DNA of 32,000 nt. It comes from Vibrio alginolyticus NBRC 15630 = ATCC 17749. Lineage in GTDB: Bacteria; Pseudomonadota; Gammaproteobacteria; Enterobacterales; Vibrionaceae. The position numbers and the translations under genes are program-made. Positions 28,611 to 32,000 of this stretch are shown piece after piece. The notes under the pieces were generated by a model. That model did not search any database and was not told the DNA's origin. It saw nothing but the letters and a program-made list of their open reading frames with translations. Each line of letters begins with the position of its first letter. The stretch's first letter is position 1. The DNA is taken from the NCBI RefSeq assembly GCF_000354175.2, contig NC_022349.1, positions 1,740,001-1,772,000 of the forward strand. The letters run 5' to 3'.

Positions 28611-29597
28611 TTAATCGTCTTCTACGTTAAACAAGTTTTCCATATTCAAACCTTGTTTGATTAGGACTTCACGAAGACGACGTAAACCTTCCACTTGTAT
28701 TTGACGTACTCGCTCACGTGTCAGACCAATCTCTCGACCAACTTCTTCCAGCGTCGAAGGCTCGTAGCCTAGTAGGCCGAAGCGACGTGCAAGCACTTCT
28801 TTCTGTTTCGGATTCAACTCTTCTAACCAATGAATCAACGATGATTTGATGTCGTCATCTTGAGTCGAAACTTCTGGATCAGAGTTGTTTGCATCAGGAA
28901 TAATATCCAGCAGCGCTTTCTCACCGTCACCACCGATTGGCGTGTCGACAGAGCTAATACGCTCATTAAGGCGTAACATTTTGCTTACGTCTTCGACTGG
29001 AATATCTAATTGAGCAGCAATTTCTTCTGCGGTCGGTTCGTGATCGAGCTTTTGAGAAAGTTCACGCGCAGTACGCAGATAAATGTTCAGCTCTTTCACT
29101 ACGTGGATAGGTAGACGGATCGTGCGAGTTTGGTTCATCAACGCTCGCTCTATCGTTTGTCGGATCCACCACGTTGCGTAAGTAGAGAAACGGAAACCAC
29201 GTTCTGGGTCGAATTTTTCGACCGCTCGGATCAAGCCGAGGTTACCTTCTTCAATCAAATCGAGTAGTGCTAGACCACGGTTACTGTATCGACGAGAAAT
29301 CTTAACAACCAAACGTAGGTTACTTTCGATCATACGTTTGCGTGCCGCTTCGTCGCCACGTAGGGCGCGTCTTGCGTAAAGCACTTCTTCTTCGGCAGTA
29401 AGTAAAGGTGAGAAGCCAATTTCGCCCAAATACAACTGAGTTGCATCTAAGCTTTTACTGCTCGCGTCAAACTCTTCACGCGCAGTCGCTTTGCTTTCTG
29501 TGGATGATGATCTTTCGAGTTCGTTATCAATGGTCTTCACTGACGCATTGTCAAATGCAAACTCTTCAACTTTGGTTACTGTGTTGCTGATACTCAT
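28611..29597 (-). CDS. rpoS: RNA polymerase sigma factor RpoS (sigma-38)
   Basis: The translation from [13 protein letters not shown]... (328 aa) is colinear with E. coli RpoS from [23 protein letters not shown] to [25 protein letters not shown] lies 5 nt before the ATG at 29597. The ORF-track start at 29633 is unsupported. Confidence 0.95.
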   Translation of the reverse strand: MSISNTVTKVEEFAFDNASVKTIDNELERSSSTESKATAREEFDASSKSLDATQLYLGEIGFSPLLTAEEEVLYARRALRGDEAARKRMIESNLRLVVKISRRYSNRGLALLDLIEEGNLGLIRAVEKFDPERGFRFSTYATWWIRQTIERALMNQTRTIRLPIHVVKELNIYLRTARELSQKLDHEPTAEEIAAQLDIPVEDVSKMLRLNERISSVDTPIGGDGEKALLDIIPDANNSDPEVSTQDDDIKSSLIHWLEELNPKQKEVLARRFGLLGYEPSTLEEVGREIGLTRERVRQIQVEGLRRLREVLIKQGLNMENLFNVEDD

Positions 29598-29677
29598 AAC
29601 GCCTCCCCCTGGCGAGTTAGCAAGACATGACAACTCAATATGTCGCTAAATGATGTCGCAAGTTGTTTTTCAAAGTT

Positions 29678-30601
29678 TTAAGGCAAATAGCGTTTTGGAT
29701 TCACTGATTTACCTTGATAGCGAATTTCAAAGTGTAGTTTGACCGACTTTGCACCTGAACTACCCATGGTGGCGATTTTTTGTCCGCTTTTTACGCTTTG
29801 TCCTTCTGTGACCAGCAGTTTGTCATTATGTGCGTATGCGCTTAAATAATTGTCGTTATGCTTTACTATAATTAAGTTGCCATAACCTCGTAGCGCATTG
29901 CCTGAATAAACGACTGTGCCGGCTGCGGTTGAAACGATAGGTTGACCACGCTGTCCTGCGATGTCGATACCTTTATTTCCCTGTTCTCCCGCCGAAAAGT
30001 TCTTGATTACTCTCCCTTTTGTTGGCCACAACCACTTTGAAACTTTATCACTCTTTGCTGTGGTGGTTGGCGCTTTTTGCTTCACTTTTTGGTTATCTTT
30101 TGAACCAACATACTCCTTTGTTTTCGATTGTTCAACCTTCTTTGGAGGCTGTTTTTGTACGACTTTAGGCTTAGTCTCTGTAGGTTTTTGACTAGAGTTT
30201 TTACTCGAAGGTTTAGGTTTAGAGGCTGTTGATGTTTTCGTCACTGGAGCTGGGGGTGTCGTAACAACAGGAGCCACAACGGGTTCAACTTTTTGACCAT
30301 ATTTAGGGGCGACATATTTCGGAGCCCAAAGTTTTAGCCTCTGTCCTGGGTAGATAGTGTAAGGCTGAGTTAACTCATTGTAACGAACAAGATCATTTAC
30401 ATCTTTATCTGTGACATAAGCTATGAAGTAAAGCGTATCGCCTTTTTTTACCTCATAATAACTCCCTCTGTAACTCCCTCTTTCAAGGCTTGAATAGTCT
30501 TTTTTTAGGCTAGAGACAGGTGCAGGGGAATGCGCTGCACAACCAACTAGTCCTGCAGCAAACACAAAGCTAATACCAATATGACGTAGTAACTTATTCA
30601 C
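29678..30601 (-). CDS. nlpD: Murein hydrolase activator NlpD (LysM + degenerate LytM/M23 lipoprotein)
   Basis: 307 aa. Lipobox AAGLVGC, a LysM domain (YEVKKGDTLYFIAY...), a Lys/Pro/Thr-rich linker, and a C-terminal M23-like domain (NKGIDIAG...GYGNLIIVKHNDNYLSAYAHND...LHFEIRYQGKSVNP) matching E. coli NlpD. GTG start at 30601. Confidence 0.93.
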   Translation of the reverse strand: MNKLLRHIGISFVFAAGLVGCAAHSPAPVSSLKKDYSSLERGSYRGSYYEVKKGDTLYFIAYVTDKDVNDLVRYNELTQPYTIYPGQRLKLWAPKYVAPKYGQKVEPVVAPVVTTPPAPVTKTSTASKPKPSSKNSSQKPTETKPKVVQKQPPKKVEQSKTKEYVGSKDNQKVKQKAPTTTAKSDKVSKWLWPTKGRVIKNFSAGEQGNKGIDIAGQRGQPIVSTAAGTVVYSGNALRGYGNLIIVKHNDNYLSAYAHNDKLLVTEGQSVKSGQKIATMGSSGAKSVKLHFEIRYQGKSVNPKRYLP

Positions 30602-30614
30602 CTATCCCTAACCC

Positions 30615-31241
30615 TTAAGCTAAATCACCCGCAACCAGAGGTACGAACCGAACCATTTCTACAACGGTAGAGAGATATTCGTCTCCCTTACGCTCTATTT
30701 TTAATAACTGTTGTTCCGTATCTCCAACAGGAATGACCATTTTGCCACCATCTCTTAATTGTGAGAGAAGAGCTTGGGGAATCACTTCAGCGGCAGCGGT
30801 AACAATAATAGCATCGAAAGGACCTCGCGCTTCCCAGCCCTGCCACCCATCAGCATGCTTAGTTGAAACATTGTAGATATCCAATTGCTTCAGGCGACGC
30901 TTTGCTTCCCATTGCAACGATTTAATTCGCTCAACGGAGTATACATGATCAACAATTTGCGCCAGTACCGCGGTTTGATAACCCGATCCCGTTCCGATTT
31001 CCAGAACACGACTCGCCGGTTCTAGCTCAAGCAACTCGGTCATACGAGCAACAATATAAGGCTGAGAAATAGTTTGTCCCTGACCAATTGGTAACGCATT
31101 GTTATCATAGGCTTGGTGCATCATCGCTTGAGAAACAAAGCTTTCTCGTGGCAAGCGTTGGATAGCATCCAGAACTCTTTGGTCTTTGATGCCACTGGAG
31201 ATAAGAAACGCTATCAACCTGTCAGCATGTGGGTTACTCAT
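30615..31241 (-). CDS. pcm: Protein-L-isoaspartate O-methyltransferase
   Basis: The translation from [13 protein letters not shown]... (208 aa, the same length as E. coli Pcm) has the SAM motif [13 protein letters not shown]. Its ATG overlaps the surE stop (TAATG). The ORF-track start at 31262 lies inside surE. Confidence 0.95.
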   Translation of the reverse strand: MSNPHADRLIAFLISSGIKDQRVLDAIQRLPRESFVSQAMMHQAYDNNALPIGQGQTISQPYIVARMTELLELEPASRVLEIGTGSGYQTAVLAQIVDHVYSVERIKSLQWEAKRRLKQLDIYNVSTKHADGWQGWEARGPFDAIIVTAAAEVIPQALLSQLRDGGKMVIPVGDTEQQLLKIERKGDEYLSTVVEMVRFVPLVAGDLA

Positions 31242-32000
31242 TACTTCTCTTCCTTTAACCAACTATCCATAGCACGCAGCGACTCGTGAGCGGTGAGATC
31301 AACTTGCAGAGGCGTCATTGAAACTCGGCCATGCTCAATTGCATAAAAGTCCGTGCCCTCTCCTGCATCTTGCTCCTTTCCTGGTGGGCCTAACCAATAA
31401 ATGTCATGGCCTCTCGGATCTTTCTGCTTGATCATATTCTCTGCGTGATGACGTGCACCTAAACGCGTAACTTCAATTTCACCTAAATTCTCTGATGGTA
31501 AGTCAGGCACGTTTACGTTCAGTAGACGATTCGTTGGAATCGGCGACGCTAAATGCTGTTGTACAATTTGACGTGCAATTTTAGCGGCGGATTCGAAATG
31601 TCGCTTACCCACTAGAGAAAAAGCCACCGACTGAACGCCAAGGAAATGACCTTCCATGGCGGCTGCTACTGTTCCAGAATAAAGAACATCATCACCCAAA
31701 TTAGCGCCATGGTTGATTCCTGACAGAACAAGATCAGGCAAATCATCTTTCATTAGCTCATTCAGCGCGAAATGCACACAATCCGTGGGCGTGCCTTGCA
31801 CTGAGTAGATATTTGGGGCAATTTCAGTCACGCGTAATGGTTGTTCTAATGTGAGTGAATTCGAAGCACCTGAACGATTTCGATCAGGTGCGACAATGGT
31901 CACTTCGGCGATATCTCTCAACTCATCAGCGAGGGCATGAATCCCTTGTGCATGAACACCATCATCATTGCTGATTAAGACTCTTAAGGGCTTCGGGTTT
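31241..32000 (-). CDS. surE: 5'/3'-nucleotidase SurE (5' end outside window)
   Basis: The ORF-track start at 31921 is an internal TTG. The frame stays open to the window edge and reads [33 protein letters not shown]..., which contains the SurE N-terminal SNDDG motif. GINHGANLG lies further on. The true start is a few codons beyond nt 32000. Confidence 0.93.
   Translation of the reverse strand, partial: NPKPLRVLISNDDGVHAQGIHALADELRDIAEVTIVAPDRNRSGASNSLTLEQPLRVTEIAPNIYSVQGTPTDCVHFALNELMKDDLPDLVLSGINHGANLGDDVLYSGTVAAAMEGHFLGVQSVAFSLVGKRHFESAAKIARQIVQQHLASPIPTNRLLNVNVPDLPSENLGEIEVTRLGARHHAENMIKQKDPRGHDIYWLGPPGKEQDAGEGTDFYAIEHGRVSMTPLQVDLTAHESLRAMDSWLKEEK

Noticed and set aside
31242-31262. ORF-track 5' extensions of pcm (to 31262). 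The same issue affects luxS (7280), the qor-like gene (13962), oadG (17278), recX (24121), recA (25220) and rpoS (29633).
   Set aside because: In each case a downstream ATG reproduces the known family N-terminus and is preceded by a properly spaced SD. Several extensions also overlap an upstream gene or a terminator hairpin.
1-32000. Search for a novel defence, mobile or accessory system (integrase, transposase, phage, toxin-antitoxin, CRISPR-Cas, restriction-modification and similar)
   Set aside because: Every ORF of meaningful length is accounted for by a conserved housekeeping family in conserved synteny. No gene of the above classes is present, and apart from intergenic A/T-rich spacers there is no obvious compositional island.

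Overview
This window looks like ordinary core chromosome from a Vibrio, probably chromosome 1 of a Harveyi-clade species. That assignment is inferred from how closely the LuxS, RecA, RpoS and CsrA translations resemble sequences I remember; I ran no search. Gene order is: yacG (3' fragment), rplS-trmD-rimM-rpsP (minus strand), ffh, ypjD-yfjD/corB (plus), luxS, an SLT-like lipoprotein, gshA, an M16 zinc protease, yqaA, a quinone-oxidoreductase-like gene, oadBAG, an array of 8 tRNAs (6 identical tRNA-Arg-ACG and 2 identical tRNA-Ser-GCU), csrA, aspartokinase, alaS, recX, recA (with an SOS box), pncC, mutS (plus), rpoS, nlpD, pcm and surE (5' end off-window). All large ORFs are intact. I see no transposase, integrase, phage gene, CRISPR array, toxin-antitoxin pair or defence-type gene, and no evidence of a novel multi-gene system. 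Several ORF-track calls are over-extended at the 5' end (luxS, the qor-like gene, oadG, recX, recA, rpoS, pcm). I corrected these using family N-termini, ribosome-binding sites and terminator hairpins that sit inside the supposed extensions. The surE ORF is the opposite case: its listed start is an internal TTG and the real gene runs past the window edge. The least explained sequence is non-coding. It comprises a pair of diverged ~130-bp repeat elements with inverted termini between yacG and rplS, a ~420-bp A/T-rich gap between the oad promoter and the tRNA terminator, a cluster of hairpins and a palindrome upstream of gshA, and the duplication structure of the tRNA array. All findings are of modest interest.
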